Source: a virus. From it: DNA of 64,000 bases. Below are positions 37,101 through 45,709 of this stretch, piece after piece. The notes below the pieces were generated by a model, which saw nothing but the letters and a program-made list of their open reading frames with translations, searched no databases and was not told the DNA's origin. The position numbers and the translations under genes are program-made. The stretch spans positions 1 to 64,000 of IMG/VR virus record IMGVR_UViG_3300030329_001736. One strand, written 5' to 3'. Each line of letters starts with the position of its first letter. The stretch's first letter is position 1.

Positions 37101-38053
37101 AGAATCCTGATGGGACGTTCTCATACATTCCATACCAGAGATATGAGCCCTTATCTAATTTCCTAGGTATTGCCGCTGATTTATATGAATTACAAAAAGA
37201 AGCCTTACTAGAAGGTAGGAAAGGGGAGGAAGACCGCGTTGAAGATATTGTATTAGGTCTTATTACTGCGATTAGTGAAAACACAATTAACAAAACGTAC
37301 ATGCGCGGCCTCAGTGATTTTATGGAAGCGTTGATTAGCCCTGAAAGGTCTTTTGAACGAGTTGCTGCTGGTGTTGTAAAAAGCTTCAGTCCAAACATTA
37401 TCAACCAATTAAATAACGATCCGTATCTAAGAGAAACCAGAAGTATTCTTGATGGGCTTCGGTCTGCTTGGAATACAGAATTAGGCGGTATGGCAGCACC
37501 GCGAAAACGAAACGCTTTGGGAGAGCCCATCCTTAGACAGACTTCTAAAGCACACCCTTTTACAGCATCTGAGCGCGATCCTGATGATATTGTACTGAAT
37601 GAACTTGCAGCTATCGCTCAGTACACAGGTAAAACCTTTGGTCTTCCGTCTGACAGAAGGATGGGGACAAACAAAGATTTCTCTCTGGTGCCGCTAGAAG
37701 ATGGAATGTCTGTCTTTGAAACTTATCTGGATGATATACACACTTTAAAAATAGGGGGTAAGACGCTAAGGCAGCGTTTAGAGAGGTTAATCTCTAGTCC
37801 TTCTTATCAAAAACTCTCCCCAGGAAGTCGTGATTTTAAAGACGGCCCAAGAGTTGAGCGTCTACAGAGTTTGATCAATACTTACAAGAAAACTGCCAGA
37901 AAGAAACTGTTTGCTAAAGGGCGATCTTCAACTGCGCCTGAAGGTTTACGGATGTTCTACCAAGAATCTAGAAAATTTCTAAAAGATGAAGCAGCGACAA
38001 AACGCGGGGGTCCACCGAAAGAGTTCAAAGATTTAATACTGAGGCGAAACTGA
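34145..38053 (+). CDS. Internal virion protein (gp16-like)
   Basis: 1302 aa; DEFFKQ, PFVRTPTN, GW.PYS, Y.RYEP motifs typical of this position. Confidence 0.8.
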   Translation: MSDAFNLDEETKQTIELLKSDPEQYTEIFDSLYGKGMSAQVLGQQDAFSVSEVTAPPETEDDGGAWFEVGDTIQGVAHGVAKAGEAIMSLADTPAQWLSENVGTVTMFDPVTGEFDPQILSGEEVTEYIKQGGSTDFGNAASDLIGAPDTVVGSGVSGITQFVVGWVGPGKFAKAATFIKAGTAHAAKKKGLSKAATTRAVQRAERQFNPTKKFQVAEGMVRGAIADFTAFEGSDGNLSNWLHEMGVDNAITEGLMTNPEDGELINRMKTALEGVVLGGMIEGVILAFRARSHLMKGNAEEANTLATEAETSLKDGAAKEQEALGAREQEAMDGTPAPKEINDNPDLEEVTFRHYDAEGETPLFPETASERAARKLNEQEDIRSYNESLRNPNSPHFKGTQELADTILHGSGIRMQQTGESFDPQTFGGDRAKQAANFSRRLRIVTDDDDIQDVLITVGQRLEDEFKILKGGDVQSHVEVRQRLNGYATTLAKLYKESPKKLLDRFSELSPGDYTKLAADLAAKSQFADTLAKHIAQTARTWTSFKEGVIDEDRLKELGFESKEDFKLQSMAMVELYGNLEGIVRGQVTAVARALNAQKMSYKEGTMLNKALIAKMGRSESAMTAYFRDVVEASNAGGHRNIPSPKDIASRWDRLNSLRINFMLSGPNTQIINTVSNFMNMNLLPMEQAMGGAVAGDRQEIMRGIRQLGATYGSMWNAMKMAARALKEDQTILDQLNKVEQDELQQGIFGGEKVSFSNIAEFKRTGKSVRNWANLTTTLPSRLLLFSDEFFKQATYSGKLHADLWVAGQKEIADGKLTKDKLTDWINTKAKEAYDPETGAAVATTKAGAKLSPHSKAALDIARESTFTTELDGFFATIQALAIKYPAARFVLPFVRTPTNLLLATWRRAPGVNLARKQGKIRRDLRSSDPSIRAQARGKIFTGWAITGVAGFLAHSGIITGSGPSNPKDKKELMATGWRPYSIRRENPDGTFSYIPYQRYEPLSNFLGIAADLYELQKEALLEGRKGEEDRVEDIVLGLITAISENTINKTYMRGLSDFMEALISPERSFERVAAGVVKSFSPNIINQLNNDPYLRETRSILDGLRSAWNTELGGMAAPRKRNALGEPILRQTSKAHPFTASERDPDDIVLNELAAIAQYTGKTFGLPSDRRMGTNKDFSLVPLEDGMSVFETYLDDIHTLKIGGKTLRQRLERLISSPSYQKLSPGSRDFKDGPRVERLQSLINTYKKTARKKLFAKGRSSTAPEGLRMFYQESRKFLKDEAATKRGGPPKEFKDLILRRN
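37202..37214 (+). promoter_or_regulatory. Possible phage RNAP promoter upstream of the fibre gene (phi17-like)
   Basis: GCCTTACTAGAAG, one mismatch, within a CDS. Confidence 0.35.
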
Positions 38054-38054
38054 C

Positions 38055-41000
38055 ATGGCTAATGCATCCCACATTATACAGGCAAGCAGTGTGGATGGGA
38101 CAACGAATACATTCAATATTCCGTTCTCATACATCAGTGAAGATCATCTTGCATTTTATGTAGATAATGTTTTAACAACGGATTCTTCATCTCTCTACAC
38201 CGCCACTGTACTTACAGGTGGGACCACGGTTCAGATTGTTAAGACTTCAGATTCTTCTAATCCTAACAATGTCACAATTAAACTTGAACGTAACACTCCT
38301 ATAAGCACAGCCAGTGTTGTCTTCTCAAATTCCTCTACACTTAAAGCGTCTGATCTAAACACCAGTAATAACCAGTGGCTTTACGCAGCCCAAGAAGCCG
38401 CTGACGATGCTGCTGAAGCCATCCGCCTAGACGCTGCCGGGGTATACGATGCCAATAGTACAAAAATAACAAATGTAACTGACCCCACAGCCGCCCAAGA
38501 CGCTGCGACGAAAAACTATGTGGACACTGCTGGCGACTCTAAGGTCGCGCAGGCCGCCGCCAGTGCAACAAGTGCAGCTAATAGTGCTACAGCAGCGGGG
38601 CAGTACGCCGGAACCCAGAATGTTGATACCTTCAACGGAACTGGGTCACAAACTGCCTTTACTTTGTCTGCTTCCCCTGCAACAGAGAACAACACTCTCG
38701 TTACGATTTCGGGAGTAGTGCAGCACAAAAGCTCGTACTCCCTTAGTGGAAACACGCTAACCTTTTCGTCACCACCAGCGGCAGGAACCGGGAATATTGA
38801 GGTCGTTCACTTATCGCTTTTGTCGATAGCGAATCTTGATGAAGACCTATCCTCTACATCGTCGGCACACGATTCGATCCCTTCGGCTAAAGCTGTAAAG
38901 AGCTATGTGGATACGCAGGTCGATACGGTCGATACGTTGGCTGAGGTGTTAGCGAACGGCAACGGAACCGGCGGCAACGACATTGCTGTTGGTGCGAACG
39001 ACGACATAACTCTGGTTGATGGAGCAAACATTAAGTGGGGAACGGGTGGAGACGGTCTAGGAATCTACCACAATGGCTCGAACAGCTACATCACCGAGAT
39101 TGGTAATGGTACGGGCAACCTGTTTGTACTCGCCACGGACCTGACGCTCGGTGACAAGGGAAATCAACATCATTACGCGCATTTTGTCAGCGGCGGCGAA
39201 GCAAAGCTGTTTTACGACAATGGGTTGTCATTTGAGACGACCAGCGGCGGCGGTAAAGTTTATGGCGACTTACAGATCACTGGGGGCGACATTGAGCTTG
39301 GCAGCAGCAACGATACGACCATCTCGCGGGCGTCCGCTGGCGTCGTAACCATCGAAGGGCAGACTGTTCGCACTGGCACTGTTGGAATCTCGGACGGCGG
39401 AACCGGCGCGACGACTGCGGCTGCGGCAGCGACCGCGCTGGGTGTTGGCGCTGGGTCCAATGTTACATTTCATGGGCTGACAACGACCGGTAACGCAAGC
39501 ATTGATGGCGCGGTCACGGTAAACAACTCCGGTGCAGATGCCGATTTCCGGGTCGAAACATCTGGCAATGCAAACATGCTGTTTGTCGATGGCGGCACCA
39601 ATCGCGTCGGCATAGGCACAGGCTCGCCAAACCAGTTACTCGCTGTCAACGGATCGGATGGCGCGACGAACATGATGTTGCAATCCGGTGGCACTTATCG
39701 GCTCGGATTCTACAACGACTCATCGCAACAGCGTCTCTCAACCTATGGCTCGCCTACTACGGCCCTGACCTTCGCGATCCAAGAAAGCGAAAAGATGCGG
39801 GTTTCGGCTAATGGGAAAATCGCAATCGGCGGCCAGACCGCTGACGGCCCGCTGCACGTTTTTAACGGGTCTGCGGGCAGTGTGACAGCCGCCACGGGCG
39901 CGGAAACAATTGTTGCTGAAGCTGGCGGACATGGGGGGGTGTCTATCCTGACTCCCCAGACCCACACCGGCTACCTCACGTTCGGGTCGCCCACCGCATC
40001 TACTCGCGGTTTTGTCAGTTATGAACACAACAACGACGCTATGGCGATCCAAGTCGCTGGCGGCGAAGCCATGCGGATCAACTCGTCTCGCAACGCGACG
40101 TTTGCCGGGAACGAAATCAAAGTTGGCGACAACAACGCTGCTGGCGGCAACTACGATTCCGTGTTGCACTTGCTCGGAGATTCGTCCAGCGGCTTTAAGT
40201 TAAGCACCAACAGCGGCAACAGCGCCTTCAATATTGAGCGCGAATATTACGGCTGGCAAGGCGGGCTGACGATGAAACGCGACACGGGAAATATCGGAAT
40301 TGGCTGTTCCGACCCCGGTGCGGAGCTTGAAATTGCTGGGGATTATCAACCGCTTATCGTCAATAGCACGAACAGTAGCATCCCCAAGATTGTCCTTGAA
40401 GACAATGGCTCGGCGCGAGGATATTTAGGAGCCGGTTCGGGGCACCCGCTCGTCGTCAGTGCCAGTAACGGATCAAACAAATATTTCTTCAGCGATTTGA
40501 ACGGACACAGCTACTTCCAGATTGCCGCCAGCAGCACAGCGGGTAGCGGCGCTGGGGGTGCCTACATCAAAGCGACAGGCAGTGCCGCTTCTGGACCGCC
40601 ACAGATAGCTGGCATTGACTTGTCGATGACGGACGGAACCGATGGCAGTGAGAGCGGAATCATTGCTTTCCACACGACGAATAGTGGTACTTCCTCCGAG
40701 AAAGTTAGGATAACGTCATCGGGGCTAGTCGGTTTGGGAGTAGCGGCACCAACCGAGGAGCTACACATTAAAGCGTCGGCTCCCACGATCAGGCTGGAAG
40801 ATTCCGACAACAATCTATCTGGCTACATCAATGGGGATAATGGAAATGTCCTCATCCAAAGTTACAACGCAAACCGAGATATTATTTTCGGCGAAAACGC
40901 TGCCGGTGGTGAGATCATGCGCGTCACTGGGCTGGGGTCCGTCGGGATTGGCACTTCGGCACCCGGCGCAGAACTTGAAATTGCTGGGGATTATCAACCA

Positions 41001-42182
41001 CTTATCGTTAATTCGACGAACAGCAGTGGTGCCAAAATTGTCTTTGAAGACAACGGTGTGACGAGAGGTTATATCGGCGGCGCGTCTAGCATGCCAGTAA
41101 CATTTTACAACTCTAGTGCCACATTGCTTGGCGGCTTCGACACTAACGGCAGATTTGGAATTGGTACTTCGACGCCAACATCTCCTCTAACTGCCCACGG
41201 ATATACTAGTGGTGTTGGTGTTATCTACGGTAACGCTGGTGCAGCATCACAGCACTTAATAACACTAACAGACGGTGTTGCGACCAACTTTTCTATCGTC
41301 ACTAGTGGTACAGTTCTTACTCTTGGGTCAGATGCTGGAAGCAATCAAACGGCCATAAAATCTTCGGGGGTCGAGGCAATACGGATCGATTCCTCGCAGC
41401 GGGTCGGGATTGGTACTTCGACGCCAGATAGCAATCATAAATTAGAAGTGTACAGCACAGGTACTACCGAAGTAGCAATCCGAAGCGGAAACAGTTCTGA
41501 GGCAATCATTAATTTTGGAGATGTCGCTAGTCGTTTACGAGGTCGAATAGCGTATAACAACAGCAGTGAATACCTAGCTTTTTGGGCTAATGCTGGTGAA
41601 AAGATGCGAATTGATTCATCTGGTAACTTAATCGTAAAACCAGCTAGTTCAAGTCAGACTATCAGCGTTGAAGCGTCGGGCGGCGGCGCAAAAATTGAAA
41701 TGCAAGCTGATGGTGGTACACTCACAACAGTAGGCAGCACGAACAATGTGCCGACTGCTATTCAAGCTAATAGCAGTGAAGCTGTGAGGGTTTTAACGGA
41801 TGGAAAAGTTGGAATTGGCACAACCTCACCTTCAGCAAAACTTGAGGTAAACGGAACAGTATTGGCGTCTACTGACACTGATACAAGTAACACTGGAAGT
41901 GTGACGCTAGACTTTTCTGCTAATCAAAACTTTGTCCTGACTCTCACAGGTAATGTTACACTAGCCAACCCATCCACAGAACAAGTTGGTCAGGCTGGCG
42001 TGATGGTCTTTATTCAAGACGGAACGGGGTCCAGAACCCTGAGTCTCGGATCGGACTACGAGACGGCTGAAGGGGCTGGCATTACGCTTAGCACCGCTGC
42101 TAATGCGGTTGATATTGTTCCGTATTTTGTTAAGGCTTCTGGCTCGATTCAACTCGGCGCACCACAACTGGCGTTTAGTTAA
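38055..42182 (+). CDS. Long tail fibre with T7 gp17-type N-terminal anchor
   Basis: F.IPFSYI...R.TP....V.F.....L...DLN..Q..Y.AQE anchor; many RI.S.G.VGIGT repeats; C-terminal QDGTGSRTL domain. Confidence 0.9.
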   Translation: MANASHIIQASSVDGTTNTFNIPFSYISEDHLAFYVDNVLTTDSSSLYTATVLTGGTTVQIVKTSDSSNPNNVTIKLERNTPISTASVVFSNSSTLKASDLNTSNNQWLYAAQEAADDAAEAIRLDAAGVYDANSTKITNVTDPTAAQDAATKNYVDTAGDSKVAQAAASATSAANSATAAGQYAGTQNVDTFNGTGSQTAFTLSASPATENNTLVTISGVVQHKSSYSLSGNTLTFSSPPAAGTGNIEVVHLSLLSIANLDEDLSSTSSAHDSIPSAKAVKSYVDTQVDTVDTLAEVLANGNGTGGNDIAVGANDDITLVDGANIKWGTGGDGLGIYHNGSNSYITEIGNGTGNLFVLATDLTLGDKGNQHHYAHFVSGGEAKLFYDNGLSFETTSGGGKVYGDLQITGGDIELGSSNDTTISRASAGVVTIEGQTVRTGTVGISDGGTGATTAAAAATALGVGAGSNVTFHGLTTTGNASIDGAVTVNNSGADADFRVETSGNANMLFVDGGTNRVGIGTGSPNQLLAVNGSDGATNMMLQSGGTYRLGFYNDSSQQRLSTYGSPTTALTFAIQESEKMRVSANGKIAIGGQTADGPLHVFNGSAGSVTAATGAETIVAEAGGHGGVSILTPQTHTGYLTFGSPTASTRGFVSYEHNNDAMAIQVAGGEAMRINSSRNATFAGNEIKVGDNNAAGGNYDSVLHLLGDSSSGFKLSTNSGNSAFNIEREYYGWQGGLTMKRDTGNIGIGCSDPGAELEIAGDYQPLIVNSTNSSIPKIVLEDNGSARGYLGAGSGHPLVVSASNGSNKYFFSDLNGHSYFQIAASSTAGSGAGGAYIKATGSAASGPPQIAGIDLSMTDGTDGSESGIIAFHTTNSGTSSEKVRITSSGLVGLGVAAPTEELHIKASAPTIRLEDSDNNLSGYINGDNGNVLIQSYNANRDIIFGENAAGGEIMRVTGLGSVGIGTSAPGAELEIAGDYQPLIVNSTNSSGAKIVFEDNGVTRGYIGGASSMPVTFYNSSATLLGGFDTNGRFGIGTSTPTSPLTAHGYTSGVGVIYGNAGAASQHLITLTDGVATNFSIVTSGTVLTLGSDAGSNQTAIKSSGVEAIRIDSSQRVGIGTSTPDSNHKLEVYSTGTTEVAIRSGNSSEAIINFGDVASRLRGRIAYNNSSEYLAFWANAGEKMRIDSSGNLIVKPASSSQTISVEASGGGAKIEMQADGGTLTTVGSTNNVPTAIQANSSEAVRVLTDGKVGIGTTSPSAKLEVNGTVLASTDTDTSNTGSVTLDFSANQNFVLTLTGNVTLANPSTEQVGQAGVMVFIQDGTGSRTLSLGSDYETAEGAGITLSTAANAVDIVPYFVKASGSIQLGAPQLAFS
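40326..40999 (+). repeat. Internal duplication in the fibre gene
   Basis: Exact 26-mer cttgaaattgctggggattatcaacc at 40326 and 40974, within a roughly 45-aa duplicated module. Confidence 0.85.
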
Positions 42183-43834
42183 TGACGATGTTTGGTTCAC
42201 AATGGTTTGCTAATTCAGGCGGGTTTGATACAGGCTTGATTAGCAACTCGGTATGGTTAGATGAATCCGACTATCTGAGTCGCTCGACCAGTAGTTTTAG
42301 TAGCAATGAATTTATAATGGCATGCTGGTTTAGAATTATGGAACCGCTAGGTACTGGCGGCTACGCTATAGAGCCGCTAATGAGCATTGGAAATAACTCT
42401 GCTTCGGGCGTTGGAAACGTGGCAATGAATTTTGAAGGCGGTATGGCTTATTTCTCATGTGATGGCTATGCCGTAAAATCTTCTGCGAACATGATTAGAG
42501 ACATTGGTTGGTATCATATACTTGCAAGTTATAAAATTAACGAATCAACGGCAAGCAACAAAGGTAAGTTTTTTCTTAATGGTGTAGAAATTACTAGTTT
42601 TTCGGCAGACCAGCGTAGTTATTGGGGTACGTCTTTTAACAATACAAGTAAACAACTCGTTGGTGCTTCATTTGCGTGGACCGGAAAAACCTATATTGCA
42701 CAGCCGGTAATGCTTGATGGGCAATCAATTCAAGGCGGCGATGTTTCTATATCTGATTTTGTAGATACAGAAACTTTTGCGCCAAACGATGCTCAGACTA
42801 TTCCTAAATCAGACGCAGATATAGCTGCGCTTGCGTCATCTGCTGGAGGAAATAGTTTTTGCTTAGACTTTTCTGATAGCTCTAATCTTGGAAACGATCT
42901 AAGCAGCAATAACAGTGATTTAACTACGACAAGTATGACAGCAGCGAATCAGTCTGCTAACACGCCCAGTAAAGTTTATCCAATTTGGAATCCGTTAGAA
43001 CCGACGAACTCGACCATTACCTTGACTGAAGGTAATTTGCGAGCAGCGGGTTCGGGTGGTTCCGATGGCGGTGCAATTGGAACAATGCCGTTGCCGACGA
43101 CCGGCACATCAGAATTTCAGATAAAAACAAATAATGGTCAAGGAAGAGTTGGCATCATTGCTCATGCTGGCGCTGTCGCTGTTGATGAAGTGTCGAACAA
43201 TTGCGCTGCAGGCGCTGGATATAATTTTAATGCGGCATACCATTATGCTGAAAATGGAAGCATAAGACAAATACTCTCTTCTGGTAGTAGTGATGCACAA
43301 ACAGGTATTGGCTCATGGTCAACAAATGATGTGATTACAGTGCGATATAATGCCGATGACAACGAATTGAGTTTTCTAAAAAATAACAGTGCTGTGGGAA
43401 GTGCAGTTTCCACTGTTTCGGGACTAGTCTACTATCCAGTTGTCTGTCGTTGGAACAACTATGACATAACTGCATATTTTGATTCTTCTGATTTTCCGCA
43501 CACAATAGGTACGGGAAATAAAGAAGTTAATAGTGCTAATCTAACAACAGAAACATTTTCAAATCCAGCAACAGGTTCGTTTAAAGGTAACGCAAGTACG
43601 GCTGGTCCGCTTATCTTTTTGGGATTCAAACCGTCGCCAGACGATGCGCTTACTATTAACGGCAATAGCGTTACTTACGGCACAGACGTTAGACTTACCT
43701 CCGATGGATTCAAAGTTATAAGCAGCAGTTCAAATTTTAACACAACCAGTGGAACAAACAGTTATTCAATTGTGACAGCAAACGCATTGCAAATTAACGG
43801 AAAATTTCCACCAGCAATTGCTGAGACAAGCTAG
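42182..43834 (+). CDS. Lectin-like (LamG/SPRY-type) receptor-binding protein
   Basis: RD.GWYHI, F.LDFSD...LG.D.S.N and LTEGNL motifs. Confidence 0.7.
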   Translation: MTMFGSQWFANSGGFDTGLISNSVWLDESDYLSRSTSSFSSNEFIMACWFRIMEPLGTGGYAIEPLMSIGNNSASGVGNVAMNFEGGMAYFSCDGYAVKSSANMIRDIGWYHILASYKINESTASNKGKFFLNGVEITSFSADQRSYWGTSFNNTSKQLVGASFAWTGKTYIAQPVMLDGQSIQGGDVSISDFVDTETFAPNDAQTIPKSDADIAALASSAGGNSFCLDFSDSSNLGNDLSSNNSDLTTTSMTAANQSANTPSKVYPIWNPLEPTNSTITLTEGNLRAAGSGGSDGGAIGTMPLPTTGTSEFQIKTNNGQGRVGIIAHAGAVAVDEVSNNCAAGAGYNFNAAYHYAENGSIRQILSSGSSDAQTGIGSWSTNDVITVRYNADDNELSFLKNNSAVGSAVSTVSGLVYYPVVCRWNNYDITAYFDSSDFPHTIGTGNKEVNSANLTTETFSNPATGSFKGNASTAGPLIFLGFKPSPDDALTINGNSVTYGTDVRLTSDGFKVISSSSNFNTTSGTNSYSIVTANALQINGKFPPAIAETS

Positions 43835-43846
43835 GAGAATAAAATA

Positions 43847-44350
43847 ATGTGGAAATATAACGGGAAAACAATTAATGAGCGGAAGTCTTGGGTTGATGAT
43901 AATGGTATTCAGCATCCTTCTAATTGGCATATCTGGTCGCCATCAGATAAAGCTGCCGCCGGTCTGGTAGAGGTTGTCGAAGACACACCACCAGATAGCC
44001 GCTTGTACAATTGGACTATGGATACAAATGGAAAGATAGATAAGACTCCTAGAAATTTAGAGGATGTTAAAGTAAATCTAAAACGAGAAGTTAAGGACCA
44101 TCAAGGTGCTTTACTTACTCAAACGGATTGGGCAGTCGTTCGCAAAGCTGACAACGGTACAGCTATTCCTTCCGATATCCAAACTTGGAGAGATGCTATT
44201 CGCACTAAAGCAACCGAGATGGAAAATGCGATTGATGGTGCAGAGAATACAGATGCTGTAGCTGCGCTGTTTGTGTCTTACACAACTAACGAAGACGGCA
44301 GTGTAACGCAGTCGGGCATCCTTTACGATTGGCCTGAATTAGAAAGTTAA
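43847..44350 (+). CDS. Tail-fibre assembly chaperone-like protein
   Basis: G.QHP.NW..WS and LL.QTDW.V.RKA..GTAIP..I..WR..IR. Confidence 0.7.
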   Translation: MWKYNGKTINERKSWVDDNGIQHPSNWHIWSPSDKAAAGLVEVVEDTPPDSRLYNWTMDTNGKIDKTPRNLEDVKVNLKREVKDHQGALLTQTDWAVVRKADNGTAIPSDIQTWRDAIRTKATEMENAIDGAENTDAVAALFVSYTTNEDGSVTQSGILYDWPELES

Positions 44351-44402
44351 ATGTTTACAAACTGGTACAAAGATTTAAATAATACAAGAAAGGAATTAAA
44401 TT

Positions 44403-44732
44403 ATGGCTGCTACAATTGAATGGCTAGTAGAAGCATTAGATTGTTATCCTACAAAAGATAGCAAGACTGATGTTGTTATGATGGTTCATTGGCGTTGCAA
44501 TGGGTCTGAAGAGAATGATAGTAAAACCTATCACTCAACTTCTTATAGTACGGTTGGCGTAACCTATGAAGATGGTGATGCTTTTACTCCCTTCGCAGAT
44601 TTAACTAAGGATCAAGTTCTTGGTTGGGTCTGGGAAAGTGTAGATAAGAATGAAACTGAAGCTAGTATACAAAAAAGTATTGACAATCAAATTAATCCTC
44701 CTATAATTCAACCTGACCTACCGTGGTCTTAA
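44403..44732 (+). CDS. Conserved fibre-associated protein (homolog of 1355-1684)
   Basis: DVV..VHWR...FTPFADLTKDQVLGWV...LPW. Confidence 0.7.
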   Translation: MAATIEWLVEALDCYPTKDSKTDVVMMVHWRCNGSEENDSKTYHSTSYSTVGVTYEDGDAFTPFADLTKDQVLGWVWESVDKNETEASIQKSIDNQINPPIIQPDLPWS

Positions 44733-44755
44733 TAAAATAAAAGGAGAAATAAATA

Positions 44756-45016
44756 ATGACTCAAGAAGAAAACAATAATAATATCATTAATATTAATGGG
44801 ACTGATTATTCTCAAGATGATCTTAGTAAAGAGCAGCAATACATGATTGCTCAAGTCAAGGACTTGCAAATAAAAGCAGCCCAGACCAAGTTTCAGCTTG
44901 ATCAAATCCAAGTATCACTAGATCATTTTACTAATAAGGTAATTGAAAGTATTGAAGATAAGGGACAAGATTCTGACCCTTCTGAGATTATTCAACGGAA
45001 ACAATTGGTGAATTAA
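44756..45016 (+). CDS. Small coiled-coil phage protein
   Basis: I.ING..Y...DLS.EQ......DLQ motif; AGGAG RBS. Confidence 0.6.
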   Translation: MTQEENNNNIININGTDYSQDDLSKEQQYMIAQVKDLQIKAAQTKFQLDQIQVSLDHFTNKVIESIEDKGQDSDPSEIIQRKQLVN

Positions 45017-45025
45017 TAGTTAGCT

Positions 45026-45709
45026 ATGGCTTTTGGCAGTATTATATTATTAGGAGCAGGTTCTGCAGGATCAACAGGGTTAGACCTTGTAATCTCTTCT
45101 AATACAACAGATTATAATGTTTTGACTGCAGCAACCGCTGCTGGTTACGATAATTCATTAGGAGATAATGTTACTATTACAGTAACTATCAACTCTGGTG
45201 TTAATGTAACTGCAACTGGAGGAGGCGGAACTGCATTTACTACTGGTGCTTTGAATGCCAATACTACACTTAGTATTATTAATAACGGTAATATTACTGG
45301 GAGTAATGGTGGCACAGGCAGTAACGGAGGTAATGGTGGTTCTGGTGGTAAAGGTGTTTTCTTTAATACTGTTACTGGTGGATCAGCTACACACAGTTTA
45401 GAAAATAACGGCGTTATCGCTGGAGGTGGAGGTGGCGGTGGTAGTGGTGGACATAAGCGAACATGCTATTCAGACGGCGACGGAGGCCACGAATGTAATG
45501 ATCCAGTTGCAATAGGTGCTGCTGGCACTGTTGGAGCTTTAGGACAAAGTGGCACAGCCGGTGCTAATCCTCCTGCTCAAGGTCTTTGTGATTGTAGTCT
45601 AAGTCCTGCCCGTGGTCTTGGCGGTGCTGGTGGTTATTCTATAGATAAGAATGGTCGTACAGTTACTCAAACTGGTTCAGGAACCTATGTTGGAACACAA
45701 AAACCATGA
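45026..45709 (+). CDS. Glycine-rich fibre/spike tip protein with Cys-containing loop
   Basis: I.N.G.I.G..G.GG repeats, GGGGGGG tract, four Cys in the C-terminal loop. Confidence 0.65.
   Translation: MAFGSIILLGAGSAGSTGLDLVISSNTTDYNVLTAATAAGYDNSLGDNVTITVTINSGVNVTATGGGGTAFTTGALNANTTLSIINNGNITGSNGGTGSNGGNGGSGGKGVFFNTVTGGSATHSLENNGVIAGGGGGGGSGGHKRTCYSDGDGGHECNDPVAIGAAGTVGALGQSGTAGANPPAQGLCDCSLSPARGLGGAGGYSIDKNGRTVTQTGSGTYVGTQKP

Larger units (their letters stand above)
1..41450 (+). mobile_element. Temperate-type T7-like (Autographiviridae) phage genome, circularly permuted, about 41 kb
   Basis: Full T7 gene set in T7 order on one strand (RNAP, SSB, endonuclease, amidase, primase-helicase, Pol A, exonuclease, portal, scaffold, capsid, tail tubes, internal proteins, fibre, TerS/TerL). 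The window start is homologous to 41307-41450. The right boundary is approximate. Confidence 0.9.

Noticed and set aside
9324-43665. Numerous minus-strand ORFs in the T7-like part
   Set aside because: They are shadows of long plus-strand genes; T7-like genomes are single-strand coded and none shows a recognisable motif.
38055-43834. Diversity-generating retroelement or invertible fibre cassette
   Set aside because: No reverse transcriptase or invertase; repeat differences are not adenine-specific and there are no inverted sites.
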